Shown one piece after another: positions 12,020-22,470 of a stretch of DNA of 64,000 nucleotides (position 1 is its first letter; every line of letters starts with the position of its first letter). The translations under genes and the position numbers were made by a program. The stretch is from contig NC_088304.1 in assembly GCF_032854445.1 (NCBI RefSeq), positions 22,425,513-22,489,512 of the forward strand, in the 5' to 3' direction. Source of the DNA: Liolophura sinensis (lineage: Eukaryota). The notes below the pieces were generated by a model. The model was not told where the DNA came from. It searched no databases and was given only the letters and a program-made list of their open reading frames with translations.

Positions 12020-12172
12020 TTTATTTATTTATCTGCTTGTAGTTTTACATTGTGCTTAAGAATATTTCACTTATTCAACAGCGACCAGTGCTATGGCAGG
12101 ACGAAACCGTGCAGAGCACAAGGAACACCCACTGCCATTTACAGGTTGCTGACAGACCTTCCCTTGTACAAC
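12020..12172 (-). mobile_element. SINE 3' fragment (diverged)
   Basis: reverse-complement match to the SINE 3' core and tail. Confidence 0.6.
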
Positions 12173-12397
12173 CTGAGTGGAAGTTTTTGAACACGAGTTC
12201 AGTAGAAAAATAACTATAATTTACCACGTGAAGTGGGCAATCTGCTTGTATTCTGTCTCTTCCACCTTTCCAAAATAAGTGTGACGGCCATGTATATATA
12301 CGTACCTCATACAGATGATATTAATACCTGTACAAAAGCTTACATACGCTGTATCTAACATGTCTGAGAAAAGTTAAAATTCACACATATACTTCAC

Positions 12398-12448
12398 CTA
12401 GAATTTCATCTGTAATATTTGAGAGATGAGATCCTGTTATACCAGCAT
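12398..12448 (-). CDS. Tandem-SAM protein exon 2 (SAM1 middle segment NAGITGSHLSNITDEILG).
   Basis: Acceptor ttccag|ATGCTGG and donor CTAG|gtgaag. It shares phase 1/1 and alignment with the SAM2 middle exon (ENGIAGKDLNDDNLNFLG). Confidence 0.65.
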
Positions 12449-13663
12449 CTGGAATATCAATAACAATTGGCATTACCAATCTCCAGTGAACCACAAACGT
12501 GTGCAAAACTGCAAACTTCTGTGCACAGTTCACATGTACGTACATGTATTTATATACACTGTCATTCCTACAGACAGAAGCCCTATGATAAGACAATAGG
12601 GGAGAAGTTCAATACATAGCCAGCAGGTCAGCTTCATGTAAGAGGCTATTACCTGATCATACTGTGATTAGACAGGTATTCAGGCTTAGGGTGAACAAAA
12701 TCCTTTTCTTTATGTGTCATGGGCTTTATTATCATCATCAAAAAAAACATGCCCTGTGTATGTAAAGTTTTTAAATCATTACATACTGGATTAAGGAGGG
12801 AAGATACATGTGCATATAATAATGTTTTGAGACATTTTAAGGCCTGTCACTCAAAGTCTTACAATTTACCTTTTAGTGAAAAAAGAAAATAATTCAGCCT
12901 ATAATTAAACATTATTCTTTATGCACTTGTCCACATCTTTATTTTCTTTTGAATTCATTGATGTAGGACTTTAAAAAAAACATTGAAAAAAGCTTTTAAA
13001 AAATGTTCAGCCTGTAAAAAACACTCTTTTAGAAACTCATAAAGACCTTAAGTAAATATTTTTGATGCCACCATTGAAAGTTTCTGATAAGAAATTGATC
13101 ACACGTCATACAAAATAAGTCTTCAGTGGAGGACGAATCAATACCAATCAAGCAGGATATGTCGGTTTTAAGAATACATTGTATTCATTTCACAGCCTAG
13201 AGCAGTTAATGAAGAGCGTAGAGAATATATTATTTTCTCAATAAAAATTCTGATGCTCCTCAATTAAGATCGGGTCATTCCAAGTCAAATCAGCCCCCCA
13301 AAAATTTTTTTTTGTGGTGACCCTCTTGGATTTTCCTGAAAAAATTCCTTGACATATCTGAGGAAAGTTTCCCAAGTTACAGCCCCAAATTCGAAGTGGT
13401 TTTTGAGATATGAGTATCTAAAAATAATAAAATATAACAAACAATTATTTAGGAGCCTAAAATTGGGAATATTTGCACGATACAACGTTATCTTTGTGAC
13501 ATGTATAATGTGACCTGGGCACACTTTGAGGTTATAATTTTTACTTTGAGCTCTCAAAAATGAGTGAATGACCACACATTCTGACCCTTGTGAAAGTTGT
13601 CCTTTGACCATACGTTGAATTAGTCCTTAACTTTAGCAGGATTAAAAGTGGGAGCACACTCAC

Positions 13664-14342
13664 TGTGGAAGATCTTTGGCAGTTTGTTTATGCCCAATCC
13701 CTTGCTCCACTCGACGACGTCCTCCGTGCTCCAATACTCTGTTGGTTTGAACCTCCAATTTCTGCTTGTCAATGCGCTATCCACTGACCCTACGTTCCTC
13801 ATTTCTTGCAGGTCTGAACCCCGATGACCAGTTGCTTCTCCATCTTTGTCAAGAGTGCCACGTCGTAATGTTGGACTGGGTGTATCAAACACATCGCTGT
13901 CTGTGCTGGTTTCGGAGAAGCGCCGCCCTGGCATATACCGCTGTGACAAGCTGCGAACAGATGGCAGCGATGACACTGAGCCGCTGTCGCTGAGTGACAC
14001 ATCGGCACTATGTCCTTTGTCAGAACTGATCGATCTAAGAGGACGACGCGGCTTGGCTTTTATCGGCGGCTTTCCTGACCGTTCAGATAACCGCCTCACT
14101 GACTTGTTCTCCGAAGGATCTTCTTCTCCGTCAGTAAGCGCATGCCGGGTGTTATCAGAGGAGTGACGAGGGCTGTCACTGACACTGGAACTCTTCACTG
14201 GAAGTGTGCATGACGCTGAGTTGCTCAACCGTCCTACAGCCTTGTGTGAATTGTTACCATCATCTGATTTCTCCTGTAGGAACAGTCGCTCTTTGCTTTT
14301 CTTTGGAGACAGCTTGTGCAGTCTGGAGATGAATGCAGACAT
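13664..14342 (-). CDS. Tandem-SAM-domain protein, coding exon 1: Ser-rich N-terminus plus the first segment of SAM1 (...EYWSTEDVVEWSKGLGINKLPKIFH). The ATG is at 14342 and the donor is GTGAGT (phase 1).
   Basis: This is the 5' part of ORF 13620..14393(-). It carries the SAM signature W-S-T-E-D-V-x-x-W. The donor is CA|GTGAGT. The ATG has a Kozak-like context gagaccATGt. The gene may have unseen 5' exons. Confidence 0.6.
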
Positions 14343-17300
14343 GGTCTCACCTTCCCATACATCACAGTCCTTCACAACATCACAGTCCTTCACAACATCG
14401 TTCCATTATGTTCTGCATCTGCACATGAACATTTACATTAAAAATACTACAATGGTTCCTACAAATACTAACATTCAAAGTTACAGTTTTTAGGATGGCC
14501 CCAAACCAACATAAGAGCTCGCTTCATTTAAAAACCGGATGCGGTTACCTGCCCTTGTCAAATATGTCTTGGCTGTCAATACAGCTGTTTGCTCTAAGCA
14601 TCAGCAAGGAATCTCGGACCAATGCGGTTTAGGAAATAACAAGTTGACCTTGTGCTTACGATAAATACACAGACAAAAAGATAAGGAACATAAGCGTATA
14701 CAAACTTAAGGCTGTGGAGACGTATTTCATAGATAATTTTTTGTCTCAAATGCGGTGACACACTGCCACCGCAACTGCATTAGGCTATTAAATGGAGCAC
14801 GCTCTGACATTGGTTTGGGGCAATCCATGGCCAAACAAAATTTCACCAAAACTAACGTCAGAGCAATCTCGAACTTGTTTCACAGTGAATGGTATTCCTA
14901 TTTGTTGAGGCTTCTTCACAGATCTCCTTGGCATTTTATCATTTTTACTGTTTTTACAGTAGGCCTATAAAAGTTGAACATAGGTTCAACCATGCTAATT
15001 TGATGAATGGAAAAGATCACATTACACAGCAATGATTTCACCAGTTAAACTTTGATGATGTTTTTTTTTTTTTTGTTTTTTTTTCACATCCAGCATTCAC
15101 TGACCAAATAAATATCAGCGGGGGAAATGAGGGAAGACGTATCTTTCTTGCTAATTACAGACATGATGAGACTATGAAATCAGGCTGTTTCTTCCATGTT
15201 GTACCTTTCTTATCTATTTATTTTATCCAACACTTCATTACAATATGAGGCTTTCCTTCATCCATCACTTCTGTCCTGGCTTTCAGTAGAATGGGGTGTC
15301 TCAAAGACACTAACACACCTAAGTCCATCCAGAATGTCAGAAATTTAAAACAGCACACTGAGTCTATACGCTACAATGTTGAATGTCAGAATTTTAAAAC
15401 GGGCCATCAAGTCCATTTATCTTGTTGGACAGTAACATTATACGAACACAATCTATATGCCGCAGCCAAGCAGATTGGAAACCTGTACATCAGAGAAGAG
15501 TTGAAAACTGATTTTCTAGTGTTAATTAAAGCCCTTGTTAAATCATGCAGGCTTACCTGCTGAACTCAGACCATACATTCGCTAAGCCTGTCGTCTTTAA
15601 TCTGATTTGAATAGGACCAAACTAATTTACGTAGGCTTAAACAATGTTCGAAGAGCATTTTTCTCATTTCTAATTAAATTACAACATGTTCTCTTATTCA
15701 GATTCTTTTTAACAACCACAGTGAACAATCCACATGTTAAAACGCCTTTCATTTTACACTCTTTATTCGTTACTTTAAGCTTTAACATCTTTCTCGCAAG
15801 TTGCCTCCGTTGTTGTTGTAACGAAGAATTTCAGGAACGGGTTAACTGGCTGACAGCTGTCACTTCGTTTGACTTTACTGTGACAGGTCAAAAAGCTTTA
15901 GAAATATCGTGCAGATGCAGATGCTTTTAGGCCACTTACCATTAAAGATTTGGCGTGCATTTGAACAAACTTCAAGGACCACGGCGACACCTTATTCTAA
16001 ATATAGAAACAAGCGTGAAAATGTAAATTAAATTCTCGCATTTCCGGATTGGAAGGGGAGATGATACCACGTCAAAGTTATCCGAGTTGCGTCCCTTTGC
16101 TGAGCAGATGCCCGACACAAAATTTGTTTGATATTATTCATCATGTATACCTTACCTATCGTTTTCATTTTTCCTGCAGCGCAGCCTGGTTGGAAACGAT
16201 CTTTTAGGCACGATATGGTTACATGTAGCCTATTTGTTATGTGGGCCTATTGAGCCCCGTTGTTAAATCTGACCTGTGGAAACAGTAATAAATACAATGG
16301 GTGTTTCAACTACCGCGCCTTTCATACTCAACACCTGGATTGTCTTTATTCCCCATGGGATCAATTTGTTACAGCATAGTGCTTCTCTTTATTCAGCATA
16401 ATTTATTTATTTCATTGTTGTATAATGCCATATTCATGAATTTCTCAATAATATCATGCTTGTCAGTTTTATGGGTTGCGGAAACTGGAGTGGTCGGAGT
16501 GAACCACATTTGGGAGTTTTCTCACGTGATGTAGATATACGCACGAGCTGAAGACAATACAAGCAGATATGAGCAGATATACAAGCGCCCTCACAATCAG
16601 TGAGTCATTTTAATTATTTTGGTAGCATCATAACCAGCGCTTTCATACCAGGTCTGCCATGTCCACGTTAAAACAACTTTATTCTGAATCCAGTCATTTT
16701 CGAATTCCTTCACCTGGATTTTCGGCCAAGTCAACACTGTTGTCAACACAGTCACGTCAGGCGAAATCAGGCTACGGCGCAGGATCTGCAGGTGATTGAA
16801 CTGATGCCTATTCACGTGCCATTTTTTAATTGAATTCATGTTGAGAAGCAGGATTTCACGTTAAATGAACTATATCCCCCTGGCAGACAATAGAGGAAAC
16901 CTCACAGGTTAATCCTTCACAATCAAATGCAGCAGCATATTATCTTATTATCCATGTTGTGTTTTGTTTAGGCCATGTTCATCTATTCATGGAAAAATAT
17001 AGAGTTTCGCTTTACACATAAAAGTACATCATACTTTTTTAAGCTATTGCAGGACAACGGCAAATATTTCAACCTTTCACATTAAGAAGAAAGATACCAT
17101 TACATCGCAGATTTGACCCTTACCAAATAGTTGGCCTCTATATAAATACCGTTTTGTGCAGTGCATTGTCCATGCCCTTCCTTCCAGTATTTCTCTGATA
17201 TTTGGATGGCTATGGCCTCCTTGTGCACAAGTAACTCATAAACATAGCACTAGCATAATATGAAATGTCATTGCCGCACAATTTCAACTCAGAGAAGCAT

Positions 17301-17833
17301 AGAAACAGTAATGGTGAATTTGCAGGTTTTGTTTAAAATGAATTGATAGATCAGATGCAGATACATGTATTTACAAAATGGAATCGAAATGGGAATATCA
17401 AGGTTCTCACTCTACTTCCCGGTTCCTTTGCAAGGTTACTATTTATATCACAGGTACTTCAAATGTGAGGACAACACTTCTAGACTACTGCCGTATAGTA
17501 TATTCTGCTCAAGCCATGGGCCTAGGGGCTTGCAAGTTGCTACTAATTAAGCATTTACATGAAATTAGACTAAAACTCCAAGGTAAATTGACAAGAAGTC
17601 TTGTCTAAAAAAATCTAGTGCAATCTGTCTAATACGCACATAGAAAATATCAAATCCACAATGTTACTGCTTCACTACCAGTTTTATTTCACAAGAAAAA
17701 ACAATTGCAAACTACAACCACAAAATAGCCATGATTAAAGGAGATGAGAGCTTTTTGTGGTCAAAATCTGGTCGAAACAGCTTGGACTGGTGATGATCAT
17801 ATATTAACATATATATATATATTTATGGAAAGT

Positions 17834-17839
17834 TTTATT
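17834..17839 (-). terminator. XBP1: Candidate XBP1 polyadenylation signal (AATAAA on the minus strand).
   Basis: AATAAA lies about 48 nt after the XBP1s stop codon. Confidence 0.4.
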
Positions 17840-17886
17840 TACACACATATGATTTTCAGTCATAAAAAGTTTCAAGGCAGCGTTTT

Positions 17887-18588
17887 TCACAGAAGATCTG
17901 GGAAAAGATCTGTGAAGGAGTCTTCCCACGGGTCATCTCCAAGAGCTGGAGTCATATTGCTGCAGGGAGAGTCTACATCACTGCTGGAGTCACTGAAACC
18001 TGAATCAGTGCAGGACACAGACAATGGGGATAAAGCCATTACAGATTGAGAAAAAGATCCAAGAGACTGTTCAGGAGACAAAGCACTTGTGTACTCTATC
18101 TCGGGTATGTCAGCGAGTACAAACTTCTGTTGAGTACTGTTCGGTTTTTCTGATTTCACCACAATTGTCTCCCCTTGTGAAACATTACTGGTTTTCTCCT
18201 TTGGTTCAGCAGGGACGGCCTGCATTAAGAGAGTCTCTAAATCTTCCAGAACCAGGTCACTGGTTTCCATTGGAATTTCGTTTTCTTGTTTGCACAGTGA
18301 ATTCATGTCACATTGAATTGTGTCCTCTTTCACACATTCCGTCTCCTGTTTGACCAAGGTCACAGGTGTACCACTCTGCGTCTTGTAATACACATGGTCA
18401 AATTTGATCAGTTCTTTGACGGATTCCAGCTCCTCTGTTGAGGGCCCCACCACTTCAGGCTGCGTGCTGATGACCGTCTCACTGGGGACAAATCCAGAGG
18501 TGCAATCTGCTCCCAGTTTTGAGTCTCCAGGTTTTTCTTGGCTTGCTTCATCTGTGATTTGCTGGAGCAAGCTAAGCAAAAAGTCAGA
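17887..18588 (-). CDS. XBP1: XBP1 exon 3, read in the XBP1s frame (transactivation domain ...LESVKELIKFDHVYYK...DPWEDSFTDLFPDLL*).
   Basis: ORF 17887..18579(-). Acceptor ccatttcag|. The C-terminus matches human XBP1s (LEAINELIRFDHIYTK ... SWEDTFANELFPQLISV). Confidence 0.85.
   Translation of the reverse strand, partial: SDFLLSLLQQITDEASQEKPGDSKLGADCTSGFVPSETVISTQPEVVGPSTEELESVKELIKFDHVYYKTQSGTPVTLVKQETECVKEDTIQCDMNSLCKQENEIPMETSDLVLEDLETLLMQAVPAEPKEKTSNVSQGETIVVKSEKPNSTQQKFVLADIPEIEYTSALSPEQSLGSFSQSVMALSPLSVSCTDSGFSDSSSDVDSPCSNMTPALGDDPWEDSFTDLFPDLL
18408..18588 (-). CDS. XBP1: XBP1 exon 3, read in the XBP1u frame (unspliced isoform C-terminus ...SLTFCLACSS...QQRSWNPSKN*).
   Basis: Part of ORF 18408..18635(-). 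It ends ...SWNPSKN (human XBP1u ends ...SWKPLMN). Confidence 0.75.
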
Positions 18589-19116
18589 CTGAAATGGAAA
18601 AAGAGAGGCAAATTAGAACAGGTTTCAACATTCAAGCAGATTATGTCTACATCAGTAATTTACAAATGCATCTGAAGATATCAAACCATACAGAAAATCA
18701 TCACAGAAAACACAAGACATGCTGATACTATTATATACACACTGCATGGACTGAACATACCAATACTCCAGCAGGACAAACAAATTTCACCTGGCACAGC
18801 AAAATATCCTTTTGCATTTTGGTGTCAGAATTGTATTTTAATTTTCAATTGAGAATGATCGAGTTCTAATAAATTGTTTGGCCCCTTCCTCCCAGATCCC
18901 TTAATATGAAACCTGGACCCTTTTTGACCAGTTTCTCATCTTTGAGACAACTCTGGGAATATTACTTGATCAAATGTCAGACTCCCCTTCTCAGGTGTGA
19001 AACAGATTATTCAATGAACAGACATGATATTCTCTACCATGTGAGCTGCTAGCTGATCCCTACATTATCCTATCCCAGTACATCCTGCATTTTAGAACTC
19101 TTGCACTTGCACGCAC

Positions 19117-19446
19117 CTCATTGTCAGCATGAAGCTCAGACAGTATGTCACCCAGTGGGAGAGAGCTTGAATCTGCTCCTGCTGCAGAGGAACGTTGAGT
19201 ACTGCTGACTCAGGGGATTCAAGCTCTTTCTTGGTGGGGACATGACTGCTGTCCAATTGGCCCAGGCGCTGTTTTAGTTCTTGGTTTTCTTCGGACAATC
19301 TGCCAGATTTGTTTTTCAGGCTGCTGTTCTCTTTCTGTAGCCTTCTGTTTTCTGCTTCTAGTTCAGCCACACGGAATTCAAGGTCTGTCATCAAGGCCTT
19401 TTTACGATCTCTTGCTGTTTGTGCGGCCACTCGGTTCTTCATTTTC
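19117..19446 (-). CDS. XBP1: XBP1 exon 2: bZIP basic region, leucine zipper and the IRE1-processed segment.
   Basis: Part of ORF 19092..19442(-), KNRVAAQTARDRKKA. Acceptor aaacag| and conventional donor AATGAG|gtgcgt. Confidence 0.85.
19185..19204 (-). other. XBP1: Predicted unconventional (IRE1/RtcB-processed) 20-nt XBP1 intron.
   Basis: The mRNA reads ...CCUGAGU[CAG|CAGU]ACUCAACGUUCCU[CUG|CAGC]AGGAG. It has two 7-nt loops (CAGCAGU and CUGCAGC) closed by stems UGAGU/ACUCA and UCCU/AGGA. Removal shifts the frame by +1 to give ...ESAAGA (human XBP1s reads ...ESAAGAG). Confidence 0.75.
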
Positions 19447-19943
19447 CTGTTTGAAATGAACAGATGGCAAATATAGAAAATAGATCAACACATTTTCTTG
19501 CTAAACATCTCACTCGAAAAATATTATATGTTTAAGTCTTACAAACTATACATTTCCTGTTCTGATTGCATCATATTCCTGTTTCGTTTGGCAGTTTTAT
19601 GAACTACCGGTATTGATTAAGCGGTTTGTTTGAAACAGATGGAGCAGTTTAATAAACTAGAGTTTCCCAAATTTGTTTCAAAATGGTTAATTTGTAGGCT
19701 ATATTTACAAACTAGACACACACATGGCACTTTTGGCAATCTACTGGAATGAAATCTAGAACAATAATAATCAAAGCCAGTTTACAAGTCTTCAGCCAAA
19801 AGCGGCCGATGTCACTTTTACACTGAATCCTGAAACGAAAGTTACCGAAACTTTTCAAATGTTTTTTACGGTGTGCGTCTTCACAAATCTTAACGACACC
19901 TTTTTTCGTCTAACCCTGGCTGATTTTCGGACTTTTGTCTTAC

Positions 19944-20107
19944 CTCCTCATGATTTTTTCGTCTTGAGAAAGGTGAGTGAGCCGCCGTCTTTTCCGTGGA
20001 GCCGTCTCCATGTCGCCGTCGGAGTTGTCAGACGACACAGACAAGCTGCTGGCAGGTCGGCGAACTGTCGTGATCACTATCGTTTTCGGGGTCAAATTAG
20101 TCGTCAT
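19944..20107 (-). CDS. XBP1: X-box binding protein 1 (XBP1) exon 1 (MTTNLTPK...APRKRRRLTHLSQDEKIMR-). The ATG is at 20107.
   Basis: It translates to RKRRRLTHLSQDEKIMRR, close to human RKRQRLTHLSPEEKALRR. The donor is GAG|gtaaga. Confidence 0.8.
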
Positions 20108-20257
20108 CTTGATCAGTTGTGTCTAAAGACAATTTCCACCTTGGAATCGACACACATCGGTGTTTCTGTCCCGTGAAAATTCGCTATTTGTCATCTCATC
20201 TTGCGTGTACTGCTTTTACTCTGCTGCATCTCTTTCGGAGCTTTCTGGATAAGCCAC

Positions 20258-20276
20258 CGTGGCACGTTCTGATTGG
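20258..20276 (-). promoter_or_regulatory. XBP1: ER stress response element (ERSE-I: CCAAT-N9-CCACG) in the XBP1 promoter.
   Basis: The minus strand reads CCAATcagaacgtgCCACG with an exact 9-nt spacer, about 150 bp upstream of the ATG. A CACGTGG/TGACGCA motif lies at 20288-20306. Confidence 0.55.
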
Positions 20277-21936
20277 TCGACCTGAATTGCGTCACAAACC
20301 ACGTGATAGTTAGTTGAACATGAGGCCACTTCTGGGTTACAAACTCTGTCATTTCCAGTAATATCTATTTCACAAAGTTTTACCTCATTATGCAACTAAA
20401 AAAGTCTTTTTTTTTCATATGTCCATAACAGTACAAATGCATTACAAAGTTTAAAATACAGTATTGTTAACTTAGTGAATGGGGCGAGGTTTTACTTCCT
20501 AGGTAAATTCTGATGCAACGTTGCAGTGTTAAAAATAGAATTGACGTCATTCGAACACGTTACACGCTGTCATATTTTAAGAAACGAAGTTGCACAGTGC
20601 ATGCCTGCAGACCAGCTTTCGGTTGATGCAATCTGTCATCTCCTGTATTCGATTAACAAGCAAGAAAGAAATCTAAATATTTGTGATTCACAGCTGCTGT
20701 ACATACACGGTGGTTGATTAGTGCAATTTGTAGTACCCTCAAAAAATAATGTATTAAATTCAAGTCTGTTTTCTGATTTATGCTAGCATGTATTATTACA
20801 GCAGATTAGCCTGTGAAATAAAGCATACCGTACATATTCTATTAATTCAACACGATGATTGTGTTAGAGTAACTTCATATTATGTTCATTTCATATAATA
20901 CACAGAATTACGTTCCAATAACAGAATACATTCTAGCATCACTCAGAAAACAAAATTTCTGGCAAAATTGGCGTATTATTTTTTTCCAATGTATGTTTTC
21001 TACGTAATTTTGAGATGTTTCCATATTCTATTCATGGAAAGACGTATTCTCCAACAGGAAGTGTAACATATATGCAACAATTGAAACAACATAACTAGTC
21101 AATTGTGGGAGATAAACTTCCAGTGCCAGTATTTAAATTTTAAAAAAAAATTCTTGGACTAGAGATACTGTTTCGAAAATTAGTGACTCGGGCGTCCAGA
21201 TGCCGTGTTAGGTGTTAGTATATTTTAAATGCATCATCAGGAGGTCCAAGAAAAAACTTCTAAATACATTGCCATAATAACTTAAACAGGGTCAAAAAGG
21301 AAAATAGATCACTGACGTGCCCCCCCCGCCTCCCGCCCCCCAGGAAAAAAAAAGAAACAAAAATGAACACAACAAAAACTTTCCGTCATATATGTAATTT
21401 TATTTTATTTTATTTTTTTTTTGTTTACCAGAAATTAACGCTGTATGTGTGGTAGTGATGGTCGGGGAGCGGGGTGGGGGCAACTATCACCGCACATAGG
21501 CGAGGGAACCTAGAAATGGGGTCTGGAGAGCACACGTGACATGCTACAAATGAAAGACTTTTCAAAGTTTACTCTCGCACATTAGCCGAGGATCCCCGGG
21601 CCGCTAATGCCCAGGAGTTTCTGCGACCTTAGATAGTCATAGACGTACATGTGTATTCTTGAGCCGTCATTCAAAGTTAAAGCACCGAGAGATGCGGTTT
21701 AAGGAGTAGAGAGCGGTTCAAAAAAAAAGGTTAAAAGATAAGATTAGAGTGGTCGCGAGCAAATCTGACATATATGGGCATCCACCACTGGAAATGGGAG
21801 TGACCTGCGCACAACAGAAAACGTATATATACGTCTCTGTCCAACTTGTATTTGTAATATATAATTTCAAGAGCGACATTATTTGTTTCTATGTGCATGG
21901 TTTTAATTGAAATGGCAGACAAACATATACTCTTTT

Positions 21937-22170
21937 CGGGGGCCTCCGTGGCTCAGTCGGTTAGCGCGCTAGCGCAGCGTAATGACCCAAGAGCCTCTCA
22001 CCAATGTGGTTGCTGTGAGTTCAAGCCCAGCTCATGCTTGCTTCCCTTCCGGCCGCACATGGGAAGGTCTTCCAACAACCTGCGGATGGTCGTGGGCTTC
22101 CATCGGGCTGACCGCCGTCGTATAAGTGAAATATTCTTGAGTGCGGCGTAAAACACCAATCAAATAAAAT
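21937..22170 (+). mobile_element. SINE, nearly full-length, with an internal deletion of about 40 nt.
   Basis: tRNA-like head plus core plus tail. Confidence 0.85.
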
Positions 22171-22239
22171 GAATATGTTCATTTTGTCTGGCTAAACTGC
22201 GCTGCCAGTGACCACCATTAACAGTGACGCTTATTTACA

Positions 22240-22470
22240 ACATCCACGTGGTTTGTGTGCCGCTTACGTCTAAAAATAGCCATGACACGCCCCATCAAAG
22301 CACTCTGATTGGACCGTCAGAAAATTCTGCTCGTACATTTTCTTACCTTCTTCCATGCAGTGTTATAATGAACAAGGTACTAGTCACATCTTGCACAATC
22401 TCGTGCAAAGACTGTTAAAAAGAGAAGGAAGTTCTACTCCGGCTAGCTGTCTGCGAAGATCGGCATAATT
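22240..22470 (+). promoter_or_regulatory. Candidate promoter and non-coding first exon, possibly the MVP 5'UTR exon; the donor lies after 22469.
   Basis: Palindromic CCACGTGG at 22244-22251. A GC box acgcccca. An inverted CCAAT (ATTGG) at 22308-22312. A TATAAT at 22364-22369. A strong donor AATAG|GTAAAA. The MVP ATG exon itself begins at an acceptor (ttttcag| at 27847). Confidence 0.25.

Noticed and set aside
13846-14166. Plus-strand ORFs 13766..13993 and 13846..14166
   Set aside because: They are antisense to exon 1 of the tandem-SAM gene, which has a SAM signature and downstream splice continuity.
18024-18353. Plus-strand ORF of 109 aa
   Set aside because: It is antisense to the XBP1 terminal exon. 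The minus-strand frames are conserved to vertebrate XBP1.
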